Shown in pieces: positions 53,108-64,000 of a stretch of 64,000 bases of DNA (position 1 is its first letter; each line of letters starts with the position of its first letter). The position numbers were made by a program, and so were the translations under genes. Origin of the DNA: Nitrosopumilaceae archaeon. Its GTDB lineage: Archaea; Thermoproteota; Nitrososphaeria; Nitrososphaerales; Nitrosopumilaceae. The stretch lies in contig CBDATR010000034.1 in NCBI GenBank assembly GCA_965200155.1, positions 128,001-192,000 of the forward strand, given 5' to 3'. The notes under the pieces were generated by a model, which searched no databases, was not told where the DNA came from, and saw nothing but the letters and a program-made list of their open reading frames with translations.

Positions 53108-54031
53108 ATGACTAATGTATTGGTATGCGACGAGGTAGACCCGGTCTTGCCCAAGATACTGATAGACAATGGTATGGCCGTGACCTATCAACCAGATATA
53201 GATACAAAGACACTACTACTGGACATTGCCAAATATGATCATGTAGTGGTACGCAGTCGTACCCGAATAACCGCGGAGATGATACAGAATGCGCGAAAAT
53301 GCAAGGTTATTGCCAGGGTCGGTGTCGGACTTGACAATATAGACCAGAAGGCAGCCGCGGAGAAGAATATACGGGTAGTTAATGCTGTCGAGGGAGCCAT
53401 GAATGCGGTGGCCGAGCTTGTAATTACCCTGATGCTCTCGCTGGCCAGAAATGTTCCCCGTGCAGATCGCACCCTGCGGGGTGGCCAGTGGGTCAAAAAG
53501 GACCTAAAGGGTACTGAACTGCGGGGCAAGTATCTGGGCATTGTAGGCGTGGGTAACATCGGCAAGCGATTGGCACGCCTAGCACGGGCATTTAACATGA
53601 ATATAATCGGATATGATGTAATGCCAATTGATCCACAATTGGTAAGCGAGGTGGGCATGATAAAGGCCGACCTGGATACCTTGCTACAGAGTGCCGATTA
53701 CGTATCGTTGCATGTGCCGCTCTTGGACTCCACACGACACCTTATTGACGCTAGGCGACTGTCACTTATGAAGAAGGGATCCTGCATAATAAACACGTCC
53801 AGGGGGGGTACCATAGACGAGACTGCCTTGTATAATTCCCTGCTTGAGGGTCACTTGGGCGGCGCGGCACTAGACGTCTTTGAGAATGAGCCCGCTACCG
53901 ATACGCCCTTGGCTAAACTGGACAATGTGGTTCTCACTCCACATATTGGCGCGCAGACACGCGAGGCTCAGAAACTTGCGGCAAATGTAATTGCCGAGAA
54001 ACTGGTCCAGATAGAGCGGGGCGTACTGTGA
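53108..54031 (+). CDS. serA: D-2-hydroxyacid / D-3-phosphoglycerate dehydrogenase
   Basis: RVGVGLDNID, GIVGVGNIG, SLHVPL, INTSRG, ALDVFENEP, TPHIGAQT. Confidence 0.85.
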   Translation: MTNVLVCDEVDPVLPKILIDNGMAVTYQPDIDTKTLLLDIAKYDHVVVRSRTRITAEMIQNARKCKVIARVGVGLDNIDQKAAAEKNIRVVNAVEGAMNAVAELVITLMLSLARNVPRADRTLRGGQWVKKDLKGTELRGKYLGIVGVGNIGKRLARLARAFNMNIIGYDVMPIDPQLVSEVGMIKADLDTLLQSADYVSLHVPLLDSTRHLIDARRLSLMKKGSCIINTSRGGTIDETALYNSLLEGHLGGAALDVFENEPATDTPLAKLDNVVLTPHIGAQTREAQKLAANVIAEKLVQIERGVL

Positions 54032-54095
54032 GAGTCTCAGGATTCAGTACTTTCGCGTTCTAATTCATTTTTAAACTACTTTTACATCTGATAGT

Positions 54096-54599
54096 GTGAT
54101 GAGATATGGTGTGTCCCTTGTGGCATTACTGGTCTTGGGAATAGGTATGGCCACTGCACAAACGCCCGACTTTGTGGAAGACGGGGTTGGCCCGGAGATA
54201 TATGTAGAGCGATACCTAAACGAGGCAGAGTTTATCACTTGGTATGATACGTACTATCCGGATATACCCTTCCATGAGGCACTGCAGATAAGCCAAGCAC
54301 AGTACGACGAGATGGTAATGCAGATAGCCAGCGAACAGTGTGAGGCAAACGAGCACATGGTGGACGGACAGTGCATTCCAGTCCCGGCAGATTGCGGGCC
54401 TGGCACGGTAATGTCCGATAACCGGTGTGTTGTAGATCCGGCAATGGGGCCAATGCTGAACACGAACGAGGCTGTATTCCAGGCGCAAGGTGAGGGCTTG
54501 CAGCTTGGCGTGGCTGCGGCCGCGGGCTTTGGTATTGCCATAGGCATACTTCTATTCCTGTGGTTACCCTCCCGGATTAGAAAAAGGATGTCCAAGTAG
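54096..54599 (+). CDS. secreted membrane-anchored protein with short Cys-rich repeats
   Basis: Signal peptide, C......DGQC / CGPGT.....C, C-terminal TM helix. Confidence 0.7.
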   Translation: MMRYGVSLVALLVLGIGMATAQTPDFVEDGVGPEIYVERYLNEAEFITWYDTYYPDIPFHEALQISQAQYDEMVMQIASEQCEANEHMVDGQCIPVPADCGPGTVMSDNRCVVDPAMGPMLNTNEAVFQAQGEGLQLGVAAAAGFGIAIGILLFLWLPSRIRKRMSK

Positions 54600-54776
54600 G
54601 ATAACCTGGCGACAGTGTTTTCTTGATGTATTATTATGGGGTTCTGCCCAAATTAGTGTGGTAGTGGTCCAGGTTGTGCACCATGAATACACAACAGAAT
54701 CCCATTATGTGAATCCGGTACCATAACGAATGAACTTTGATACTGGTCTCCCGCATTTGACATTCGGTTGGCGTAA

Positions 54777-55722
54777 TCAATGTACGAAAAGTAAGTCCGC
54801 TTAGGATCCGGCGTACAGTAGTTCAGATTGCACAAGCCAGATGGTAAAGAGAACAACAGAGGAATCAAGACAAAAGAGGCGTTGCCACAACCAATATAGC
54901 TCAAGACCTGAAACAAGACACGTACGAAGATTGTGAACCAGAGAACGGGGACGACTCGAGTAAAGATGGGCAGGCCCATGATACCAATCACCGCCACCCA
55001 GATACGAATGGTAACTGAAGCATATCACAAGGATCCCGCCGGAGTACGTATTGCAAAGAGGCTTAGACATACATATCGCGTAGCATATCGCATAATGAAA
55101 AAGAACGGCACGACAGTCTCATCACAAGTCAGAGTGGGTACGCTATGAGCGTAAATATTCCCATGCAATGTGGCACTGACATGTCACGAAAAGATGAGCG
55201 CTTCAGGGGGACTGAATCTCATAGATGATGCATCCAGGTGTATAGTCGGGGCGGCACTATTTGAGCATGCAACCTCAGAGAACGCCGCTCTATTACTGAG
55301 ACTGGCAATGAAACGATTCGGCGCCCCTGCATCTCGGATAACGGCGCGTGTTTCGTAGGACAATAAAAGGGCAAAAAGAACTGGAAACCCACTATTCTAG
55401 GAAGAACTGCTGAATCAAGACATCATACTAATCAATTCCAGACCATACCACCCGTAGACAAATGGCAAACTGGAGCGCTTCCATGGAATGATTGAGGACG
55501 AGGGGACTCTTATTTAAGAGTCCAATGAGATATGGCATTATGACAGTCTCCGGGATTATGTTGACTACTACAATGAGAGAAGATTGCACTTCTCACGGGA
55601 TATAGATAACGGCGAGACACCACTCCAGGAACAAAAAGGCGACCCAGGCAATTAGGGCAAATAATGTAAAATGGATGGAGTGGGATGCCAATGACTAGCG
55701 GACCGACTTTTCATACATTACA
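54777..55722 (+). mobile_element. IS481-like element (copy B), decayed
   Basis: Ends tcaatgtacgaaaagtaagtccgct / cttttcatacattaca; inverted relative to copy A. Confidence 0.85.
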
Positions 55723-55986
55723 CCGTTTATCTATAATCTTGTATCATTATATTGTGCGATTAATATGATAATAATTCCCCCGGTAACCATTCAGGTCTTC
55801 CTGTTCCAGACATTAGACTAACATATTTTGGGACAAAGTAGTCACATGTTGCCCCCGTTAATCCTGACTTGTCCGCTTTTGTGATCTAAACAGTTACGTC
55901 CCATTGTTTGTCTTGCCAGTCCGCATGTTTGTGTGGGGAATCAGGCATTTTTGCCAGGATCCCACACATGGTAAGAAGCCTGCGAC

Positions 55987-57018
55987 ATGCAGTTCACCAA
56001 ATATATAAAAGCATTATGTCTCATGCATATGAGAAAAAAGATCTTGCCGAAGGGATTACTCTCTGGCAGAAAACATCACAAGAGCACGGATCCCAAGACA
56101 AATATACAGACATTCCAAGGCAAGGCTTTTCGCTGGATAGACGTAGAGAGTCCACAGAGGGAGGATATGGAGAAACTGGCCGCGGAGCTGGGATTTCACG
56201 GACTAAACGTGGAGGATTGCCTGGCCAAATTTGAGCTGCCAAAGCTTGACAGCTACAAGGACCACTTTTTTGCAGTACTGGGCGTCCCCCCACTGGAAGA
56301 CAGCGGGGACCTCCGCTATGCACAGCTGTCCATGTTTGTGGGGAGTGATTACCTGGTTACCGTTCATCAGGGCGACCTGCAACCACTAAGTGAGATGGCG
56401 CGCATGTGTGCCGAGGAGTCCAGGGACAGTCCACTGATGAAGACTCCCGGATTTTTGGTACACGGCATAGTGGATATGCTGGTGGATGACCTGTTGCACA
56501 TGTCCCGCAGAATAATAGCCAATCTGGAAGACATGGAGGACCAGGTCTTTGATGACATGAGCTCCATGGCCAGGGAAATATCGTTACTGCGCAGAGACAT
56601 AAACAAGCTGCGCCGCATGGTAACCCCGCTAAAGAAGTTTGTAGACGAGATATCCACCAATATAGAACGGTTTGAGGCAGGCACGGGCTTGGAACTCTAC
56701 TTTGATGATGTTATAGATCACCTGGCCAAGGTTATAGAGACACTGGAGGAATCACGGGAGACCATGGAGATTTACAAGGATACGGATTTCATGCTCAGTA
56801 CAGAAAAGACCAACAAGGTTTTGGCAATTCTTACAATAATATTCACCCTGGCCATACCCGCCACGGTTATCGGTACATTATACGGAATGAATGTTGCACT
56901 GCCCGGGGCGAGTCTTCCGGAATCAGGAGACTATACAGCGTTTGTTGGAATAGTGATAGCATCCACTGTCCCCGCAGGAATAATGTTTGTCTACTTTAAG
57001 CGTCTGGGGTGGATGTAG
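55987..57018 (+). CDS. corA: CorA family magnesium transporter
   Basis: WIDVESP, FHGLNVEDCL, LTIIFT..P, GTLYGMNV (GMN motif). Confidence 0.93.
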   Translation: MQFTKYIKALCLMHMRKKILPKGLLSGRKHHKSTDPKTNIQTFQGKAFRWIDVESPQREDMEKLAAELGFHGLNVEDCLAKFELPKLDSYKDHFFAVLGVPPLEDSGDLRYAQLSMFVGSDYLVTVHQGDLQPLSEMARMCAEESRDSPLMKTPGFLVHGIVDMLVDDLLHMSRRIIANLEDMEDQVFDDMSSMAREISLLRRDINKLRRMVTPLKKFVDEISTNIERFEAGTGLELYFDDVIDHLAKVIETLEESRETMEIYKDTDFMLSTEKTNKVLAILTIIFTLAIPATVIGTLYGMNVALPGASLPESGDYTAFVGIVIASTVPAGIMFVYFKRLGWM

Positions 57019-57778
57019 TCTCCTGGACAAATATGTCAATATTGGTCAGACTTTTTTGCAACGAGTCCGGAATTGCTATGAGTAAGCCGGAACCGGCAGT
57101 CACGTTACTACAGTATCCGGTATAGCTGTGCCGGTTTGACACGCTACACCCGGGCTCGGTATACCTTTCAAAGGAATCCTGATAGTAGTCGGCGTAATCC
57201 GGCATAAATGGTACAAAGTGGGCATCAAATGCCACACCGGGATCGTTAATAGATATGGAGTATTGTAATGTAGAAGATGACTCGCTAGTACAGACAGGTA
57301 TGAACTGGACGTACCCGTTACGAATGGTGTCATACTGTACAGAATCCGAGTAGGTGGTGTTTGGTATGTCCGGGAGGAGAGGTGAGTACGGATCCGTGTT
57401 TATCTGCGTACCCTGAGCGTAAGATACCAGACTGCGCAGTGTGTCAGATCCATACCGGTATAATGGGGGACTCCAGCTGCTCTCACAGTTTGAGAGTCCA
57501 TGGTAAAGCAGAACTGCCTCCCTGCCGTTCTGCGTTACAATTTGATTTGTATTATACACCACATCATCCGGCAATGACTGGTGACCCCAAGATAGCGTAA
57601 CATCATACAGTATGTTGGCCGGGGCGCTGTTCCAGCCGGGTTGTAGATGTACGTATACGGAATACTTGTCCAGCGATTGTTGGGATGGTGAGACGTATAG
57701 ATGATGCCCGTATAGGGCATTAAGTAGTATTAGACCCAGTGCTGCTGCAATTATAATGCCGTAACGTATGCTACGCAC
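56996..57778 (-). CDS. hypothetical membrane-anchored protein
   Basis: 260-aa ORF with N-terminal TM helix and several Cys. Confidence 0.65.
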   Translation of the reverse strand: MRSIRYGIIIAAALGLILLNALYGHHLYVSPSQQSLDKYSVYVHLQPGWNSAPANILYDVTLSWGHQSLPDDVVYNTNQIVTQNGREAVLLYHGLSNCESSWSPPLYRYGSDTLRSLVSYAQGTQINTDPYSPLLPDIPNTTYSDSVQYDTIRNGYVQFIPVCTSESSSTLQYSISINDPGVAFDAHFVPFMPDYADYYQDSFERYTEPGCSVSNRHSYTGYCSNVTAGSGLLIAIPDSLQKSLTNIDIFVQETTSTPDA

Positions 57779-57824
57779 AGTACTCAGATGGTCTTAGAGT
57801 TATTTAATTCAATTTATTATAGTT

Positions 57825-59132
57825 AGTTTGTTGCATAACTCCAAACAAGTTAGATTAAAAATGTATGTGAGAAACGGTTTGAGTATTTTCGTTATTCTGT
57901 CATAGTGATTACTAACTTGGATCAAGTATTACATCTGAGATTTTTTAAACAAACTTGATGGTATTCACCGACAATGCAAGTACGTCCAGCGGGAGGCTAT
58001 TTGGCTTTGATCATGTATGGGATTGAAAAGGCTAACCATAACAAGGAGGGTGCTCCCTACCAGTATGCCGTGGGCATGTTACATGACACTGAGAACGGCA
58101 TTAGGTATGAGATACAGGCAGGTATCCGGATTCCTTGCAGGACTACTGGAAGAGCACCAAACCCCGCACTACTCCACTACAGACGCGGAAAAGATCTTGA
58201 CATCGACAAGGGGAATGGCATGATTGTCGGCACAGACAAAAAGCTGACTAGAACCATGATTGTGGACTCGACCGGCCTTGAATCGTGGCGAGTGGATAAG
58301 AGCCAAATGGAAAAAGACGCGGATTCATCAGTGCTTGCGGACTGGGAGAGCATATGCATTTACGGTTACCGGCGAGTGGGTTGGGGATACGCACATGTTA
58401 AACAATGCAGTACTGGGCTCGTATGCAGAAGAGTCACAACTGGACAGGGAGCACACCCTGGAATTGGAAAGTTCCGGACCCATTGCAACAGTTGCCATCT
58501 CTGGCAGGACCAACAGATAAGCCACCACCCGGAAACGCGCTTGCTAACTGCGTACCGCCATTACCGAATAATGATGACAAGCGCGCATTTAATCTGGAAT
58601 TACTTGTGGATGGCGCATACGCGTCCAGGGATAACATGAAATTGTGCAGTGATAATCGAATCCGGACAACCATTCCACCTCAGCTAAATTCCACCAAAGG
58701 AAAGGCAACTCATGGGGGACTTGTAGTCTTGGAGGAAGTCCGGAATCGCCCATTTTCCGCCTTTCTGATGAGGAAAAGGTCGAAAACAGTATGAGTTCAC
58801 CGGTGTCTAAATTTACGCACAACTGATAGAACCGGTTACCAGTTAATGTGATTTGTGCACAAGATTCCGGAAGACGTGAACTCATACCGAAAACAAGCAG
58901 TACTGGAAGGCGGCAAAAGGGTACAACAGGCGATGGATAATCGAGATAATCATAGAACCGGTTCACGTTCAAACGATTATTCGGACACAGATTAATGGCG
59001 CGGAAATGGGATAACATAGTACAGGAAATCACAATGAGGGTAGCCAAGTACAACGAGTGGGTGGACGCGGCAGCAACGTAGATTACGACATGGGGAACCG
59101 GTATTCTGTCAAAGTCAGTTATACAACAAACT
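57825..59132 (+). mobile_element. IS903-like (IS5 family) element, full length, frameshifted transposase
   Basis: TIR agtttgttgcataact / agttatacaacaaact; IVDSTG, LVDGAY, WKAAKGYNRRW; another left end at 9208. Confidence 0.8.
58789..58887 (-). mobile_element. MITE family 1
   Basis: TSD cgaaaaca. Confidence 0.95.
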
Positions 59133-59133
59133 C

Positions 59134-59244
59134 GTTTCACACGAGTCTGTGTGGGAAAACCCATGATGCTAGGTCAATTGTTTGTATCTAACCACTTGGT
59201 TTAGACGTGCAGGGTGGGAGAAGTGATTCTGCGCATACGGTCTA
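59134..59244 (-). mobile_element. left end of second DDE_Tnp_4-type IS
   Basis: Reverse complement of 7541-7651. Confidence 0.8.
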
Positions 59245-59267
59245 CTGTAAGAAAATTTCTATACATA

Positions 59268-60486
59268 ATGAAATTTTATGCACTTATAGCACTTGCGGCT
59301 CTAAGTATGGCAGCAATTCCTGCCATGGCAGATGAGCACTCATCATATTGGCTAGTCACTACTGTCTGTATAGTATATGATAATGGTAATGAGGCTAGGC
59401 CTGACTGTGAGGTGACTAACGAGTATGTAGAGATTAGGGAAGGTCCTCCTCCACCCACTGTGGATGTAACTATACCTGAGGGCGCACTATTTCCTGATGG
59501 CAGAAATACTGATATCTACTTTTCACCATCCAGTATAGGTGGAGTCCGGGACAGAAGTGGTCTGGACCAATAATGATAACGTACTGCACTCTGTGACTGG
59601 TAATCCCCATCCCGATGGGAACTTTGACACATTAATTGATAATGGCGAGAGCTTTGCCTTCCAGTTCGGCACTGTATGCACATACGAATACGGTTGTGTC
59701 CTGCACCCGTGGACAATTGGCGAAATAGAGGTAGTTGATGCCATGATGGACGATCTTGCTGTTCAGGAATTTGTAGACGAGCTAATTGCCCTATACATGG
59801 ACAATGGCGATGATGCCTTTGACATGATTAATGCTATGATGGAAGTAGATGCTGAACTAGCAGGATATGTTGTAGACGCAAATAGTAATATGATTGTAGC
59901 TCATATACGGCACCGGAGTTTGTGGGACTTGATGTTGGACTTGTTCTCAATAATGCACTATTACCAATAGACGTGTTTAGAGATCTGGTCAATAAATAGT
60001 GATGGCGTTTGGTTGAGCTATCCAGTTCCGGATCAAGATGGTAATATAGTTGGTTATGAGCGTGGCTGGTTTAAGTATTATGATGGTTATGCCTTCGGTG
60101 GCCGCCTTACTGTTGGCGAGGATGTAAGAGTAATGGGTGTTGTTGAAGAGATGATTAGTCTATACGAACGAAATCCAGACACCGCCTTTGATACTATAAA
60201 CTCGTTTATGTCAGATGATCCAAACTACCCATTCGTACTTGATATCTATACACTGTCTGCAGTAGCTCATGGACAGAATCCAGACTTGGTCGGTGATGTA
60301 GATGCCGCCGCTGTGGTATTCTTTAGATCCAGTGTGTCTCTTGAAGAGTTCCTTGCTCTAGAAGAAGGTGAGGGTGTTTGGTCAGAGTATGTGTTCACAG
60401 ATCTATCAACAGGCGAAGACGCCTCCAAGCTTTCTTGGATAGTGCTGCATGACAGTTATCTGTTTGGTTCAGGTTACTACCCATAA
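59268..60486 (+). pseudogene. secreted cupredoxin plus two Cache-like domains, split by frameshifts
   Basis: Signal peptide at 59268; VWTNND..HSVT..YEYGCVLHPWT; Cache-like tails WFKYYDGYAFG and SKLSWIVLHDSYLFGSGYY; three consecutive ORF pieces. Confidence 0.7.
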
Positions 60487-60706
60487 TCATTGAATCTTTA
60501 GTTTTTGTTATTTTTCTAATGTAGTTGTTTAAGTCACGTATGGCGACTACCATAAGTCTCTGGGCATACGTACAACACCTGTCTTGTATGCCACCGGCTT
60601 ATGGAACATATAATATATGCAAATACCCGCATACGTTTATCTCTAATATGTCATTGCACTTTATCCGGTAAAATATACGGAGCCACGCACCGGTGTAATT
60701 TTTCAT

Positions 60707-61780
60707 ATGAACCATTCCCATAAACCAGAGAATATATTGAACCCAAAAAGTAAGCTCACAATGCAATACAAGCTAAGCCATATTCGACATATGTGGCGCC
60801 AAGAATCCAACTCGTTTGGATACTACCATCTTCCGGAGGAGAATGTGCGTAATGATATGATTCAATCCATAAGATGCGGACTTGAATCAAACCCAAAATA
60901 CATACTGCCAAAGTTCTTGTATGACAGGCAGGGTTCCAAGCTTTTTGACGAAATATGTTGTCTACAGGAATACTATCAAACACGAACTGAGTCGGCCATA
61001 CTAAAGATAATCAGACACGAACTTGCACGGTATATGCATGCCCCCTTCCGTTTGGTGGAGCTGGGTAGTGGCGCTTCCACAAAAACTCAGTACATTCTGG
61101 ATGCCATGCTGGATGTCAGCCCAAATCCGGAGTACATACCAATAGATATTTCAGATGCCATGGAAGATTATGCAGAATCGCTAACTGGGAGATACCCCAA
61201 TTTACTCATAACTGGAATAAAGGATACGTACGAGGGCGGTCTGGATATAGTAGGTAGAATGGATGGTCCATCTAATCTTATCGCGTTCTTGGGATCAAGC
61301 CTAGGCAATATGACGCCCAGTCAATCCTATGATCTTTTAGTCACACTACGTCGTGTTATGCGACCGCAGGATCTCTTCCTGATTGGGTTGGATATGGTAA
61401 AAGACACGTCAATGCTGGAATCTGCATACAACGACTCATCCAGCGTAACCGCCAAATTCAACATGAACATTCTAAAGCGACTAAACAGGGAACTGAATGC
61501 GAATTTCGACCTAGACCTGTTTTCACACTATGCCACATATAACCAGAAACAGTCTCGCATTGAGATGTACTTACGCTCAGAAAAGGACCAAACGGTGGAT
61601 CTGCCAAAAGCCGGAATTCAGATAGGCCTACACAAGGACGAGCTAATTCATACAGAGAACTCTTACAAGTACACTATAACCGATATCCGTACAATGGCGG
61701 ATAAGTGCGGCTTCTCCATCGAGAGACTGTGGCGTGACGATGACGAATTGTTCTCATTAACCCTCATGTCTATCAAATAA
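60707..61780 (+). CDS. egtD: L-histidine N-alpha-methyltransferase (ergothioneine biosynthesis)
   Basis: PKFLYDRQGSKLFDEIC.LQEYYQTRTE, VELGSG, FLGSSLGN, AYND..VTAKFN, IHTENSYKY. Confidence 0.93.
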   Translation: MNHSHKPENILNPKSKLTMQYKLSHIRHMWRQESNSFGYYHLPEENVRNDMIQSIRCGLESNPKYILPKFLYDRQGSKLFDEICCLQEYYQTRTESAILKIIRHELARYMHAPFRLVELGSGASTKTQYILDAMLDVSPNPEYIPIDISDAMEDYAESLTGRYPNLLITGIKDTYEGGLDIVGRMDGPSNLIAFLGSSLGNMTPSQSYDLLVTLRRVMRPQDLFLIGLDMVKDTSMLESAYNDSSSVTAKFNMNILKRLNRELNANFDLDLFSHYATYNQKQSRIEMYLRSEKDQTVDLPKAGIQIGLHKDELIHTENSYKYTITDIRTMADKCGFSIERLWRDDDELFSLTLMSIK

Positions 61781-61966
61781 CTCCCAGTAGGTATAACTCA
61801 CGCTTTTGATATCCTGCTCCCGCCCTAGCATTGTCTCAACAGAAACTATGGCGCCTACCATAAGTTTTTGCCGGGTATGGGGCCGTACTTTTATAGAACC
61901 ACCATATGATGGTTAACATAATTTGGACCATCATTATACCGTTGAAGAACAATAAGGAATTCTCCC

Positions 61967-62067
61967 GTATGAGTTCACCTGTGTCTAAATTTACGCATAA
62001 CTGATGGAACAGGTTGTTCTAGTTAATGTGATTTGTGCATAAGATTCCGGAAGACGTGAACTCATAC
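61967..62067 (-). mobile_element. MITE family 1
   Basis: TSD attctccc. Confidence 0.95.
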
Positions 62068-62751
62068 ATTCTCCCGGCGCGCCAAGATATTTGGTCACAC
62101 ATCCGATTATGTCTATAATATAGCGGTGTCCGAGATCACGCTGGGCGGTTACTACATACCCGGAACCACTCTTGAATTGAAGCATGATCCGGCCAAGGTC
62201 AAGAATAAGAACGAGTCCGCCAAGTCACCATATGGTCTGTGATTCATTATACGTGAATCATCTACCGCGTTCTAGAACGGTCATCAAGAGACGGTTTACC
62301 CGTCCAACAAGAATGGTTTGTTCCTGGAATTGACAAATTGGCGCCGTGATCTGGAGTGGGTGCGCGAGTTACCATCTAACTATGGCCGGGGGTGCCATAC
62401 TACAGGCGTCTGTCGCGTGCAGACGCGCGTACGAGGATCATTCTAATTACATGCCACACCGGCGTGACAATGATGGAATCATACTATCATGTGTAGGGCC
62501 ACCAATCCGTCGTGGTAAGTTCGAGTTGGACCTGTGCGGTTTTGGTGTGGTGAGAACAACCAAACCAATCGATTATTCCCGGGACATGCGCTCACTCAGG
62601 ATAGTGGAACGAGTTAACAAGAGCAGGGAGCGTCAATTCGAGATTCACATCAATATACGGGAGAGACCACCTACCGACCGGCGTTGTTCGCGGCGTGGAT
62701 GTCGGCGGGAAACATCTAGCTGTAACAGCTGACACGAATGGCAGAACGATG

Positions 62752-63102
62752 GTATGAGTTCACCTGTGTCTAAATTTATGCACAACTGATCGCGACAGTT
62801 AATGTGATTTGTGCACAAGATTCCGGAAGACGTGAACTCATACGATAATATGACACCCGGTGAAGCCGCGGGTATTCGTATTGATGGAGATAACAAGTAT
62901 CTTACAATAATTCAGAATGCTGCAAAGTTGTAGTATGTACCCAATTTTACACTTCATTCTATGTACCTACTTCTTTACAGCTCCATTCAGACATGGGGGG
63001 CTCAGGGCCTGTATGAGTTCACCTGTGTCTAAATTTACGCATAACTGATCGCGACAGTTAATGTGATTTGTGTATAAGATTCCGGAAGACGTGAACTCAT
63101 AC
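62752..63102 (-). mobile_element. composite unit: MITE (62752-62843) + 167-bp cargo + MITE (63011-63102)
   Basis: Outer 8-bp TSD gaacgatg; inner flanks unrelated. Confidence 0.9.
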
Positions 63103-63298
63103 GAACGATGATCCATGACATGAGACATCGTTCCATATTGCGGGAGATTAGCGCACTCCAGAGTATTAGAACGCGAAAGGGTAAGCGCAGGAAGCGAAAG
63201 ATTGAGAAACAAATCACTCGACTACGACAGAAAGCCAACAACATTGCGAACGACTCCATGAATAGAATAGTCCACGCAGTCACCAAAGGGTAACCGTT

Positions 63299-63399
63299 GT
63301 ATGAGTTCACCTGTGTCTAAATTTACGCATAACTGATGGAACAGGTTGTTCTAGTTAATGTGATTTGTGCATAAGATTCCGGAAGACGTGAACTCATAC
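63299..63399 (-). mobile_element. MITE family 1
   Basis: TSD taaccgtt (inserted in a family 2-type end). Confidence 0.95.
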
Positions 63400-63495
63400 T
63401 AACCGTTTAGGTCGCCCCTGGCAAAGAGAAATGTATTTCACCAGATTGTTCTTGGCGTAATAGACTAACTTGCCCCAAGTATTGACAGGCGCATA

Positions 63496-63951
63496 TCAGT
63501 CGTGTTGAGTCCACGCTTTCTCCACGTCATCATGCAGGTCAGGATGTTCTCGACTACCTGCATACCCTTGTTCGAACACCAAGACATGTGGTATCTTGCG
63601 ATGTATGACGAAGCGGAGCAGCATGCGCTCAGACTCGTTATTAGTGGGGGCCATACCAGGGTAGCGCAGGAATGTAAACAGATTTGGAGATGCGCCTTCC
63701 AGCTTATCGCCGAATTTTACGCCCAGCTTTTGCCACTGGGTGGCAATGGAGAGTACACTCATCTGAAGCGAATCTAGAATATCCGGAGTCACCTCTTCAG
63801 GATTCATGTCCCGGGCCTCGGCGTATATTTCCTGAAGCATTTTATGTAATGTTTCCGGTGGACCGGGCCCGGATGCATCTTTTGGTTCCCGTAATATGTG
63901 TGCCCAGCACCTCTGTATTGTCAAATATGTTATATCCGGCATATCCGTCAC
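63496..63951 (-). pseudogene. fragment of a different IS66-family transposase
   Basis: QRCWAHILRE, LFTFLRYPGMAPTNNESERMLL; frameshifted 3' end. Confidence 0.8.
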
Positions 63952-64000
63952 ACGTGATTGGCTTGTCCAAGATATTTGGATAACTATTTTTGATTACTGT

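Larger units (their letters stand above)
61847..63290 (+). pseudogene. tnpB: tnpB element, third copy, with MITE and composite-MITE insertions, 3'-truncated
   Basis: Starts tatggcgcctaccataagtttttg; homologous to 48125-49226 reversed. Confidence 0.8.

Noticed and set aside
60539-61870. egtD as cargo of a transposon bounded by tnpB-type ends
   Set aside because: The ends at 60539 and 61847 are in direct, not inverted, orientation and no TSD is evident.

Overview
Chromosomal segment of an ammonia-oxidising archaeon (Nitrosopumilaceae/Cenarchaeum-like). This is inferred from a thaumarchaeal-type nirK, a DUR3-type urea transporter with ureG, LysW-type arg/lys genes, archaeal EF-2, rpl15e and a parvulin. 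The heavy load of decayed IS elements suggests a host-associated lineage, but this cannot be shown from the sequence. Housekeeping blocks (arg/lys, thiC, aromatic amino acids, fusA, mre11-rad50, corA, egtD) are separated by nests of decayed IS5-like, IS481-like, IS903-like, IS66 and tnpB elements. There are 19 near-intact copies of a 92-101 bp IS66-derived MITE. Main observations: (1) a 1629-aa Rad50 whose two coiled-coil arms each carry a different tandem array with matched copy number (7 full + 1 partial unit) on either side of the zinc hook; (2) a tnpB-only element bounded by 24-bp terminal inverted repeats; (3) a nirK-containing 3.2-kb segment inverted between two IS481-like copies, shown by swapped target duplications; (4) a poly-G frameshift switch in the signal peptide of a surface protein; (5) a composite mini-transposon made of two MITEs. 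Coordinates were counted by eye and may be off by a few bases. No tRNA, rRNA or CRISPR array was recognised.
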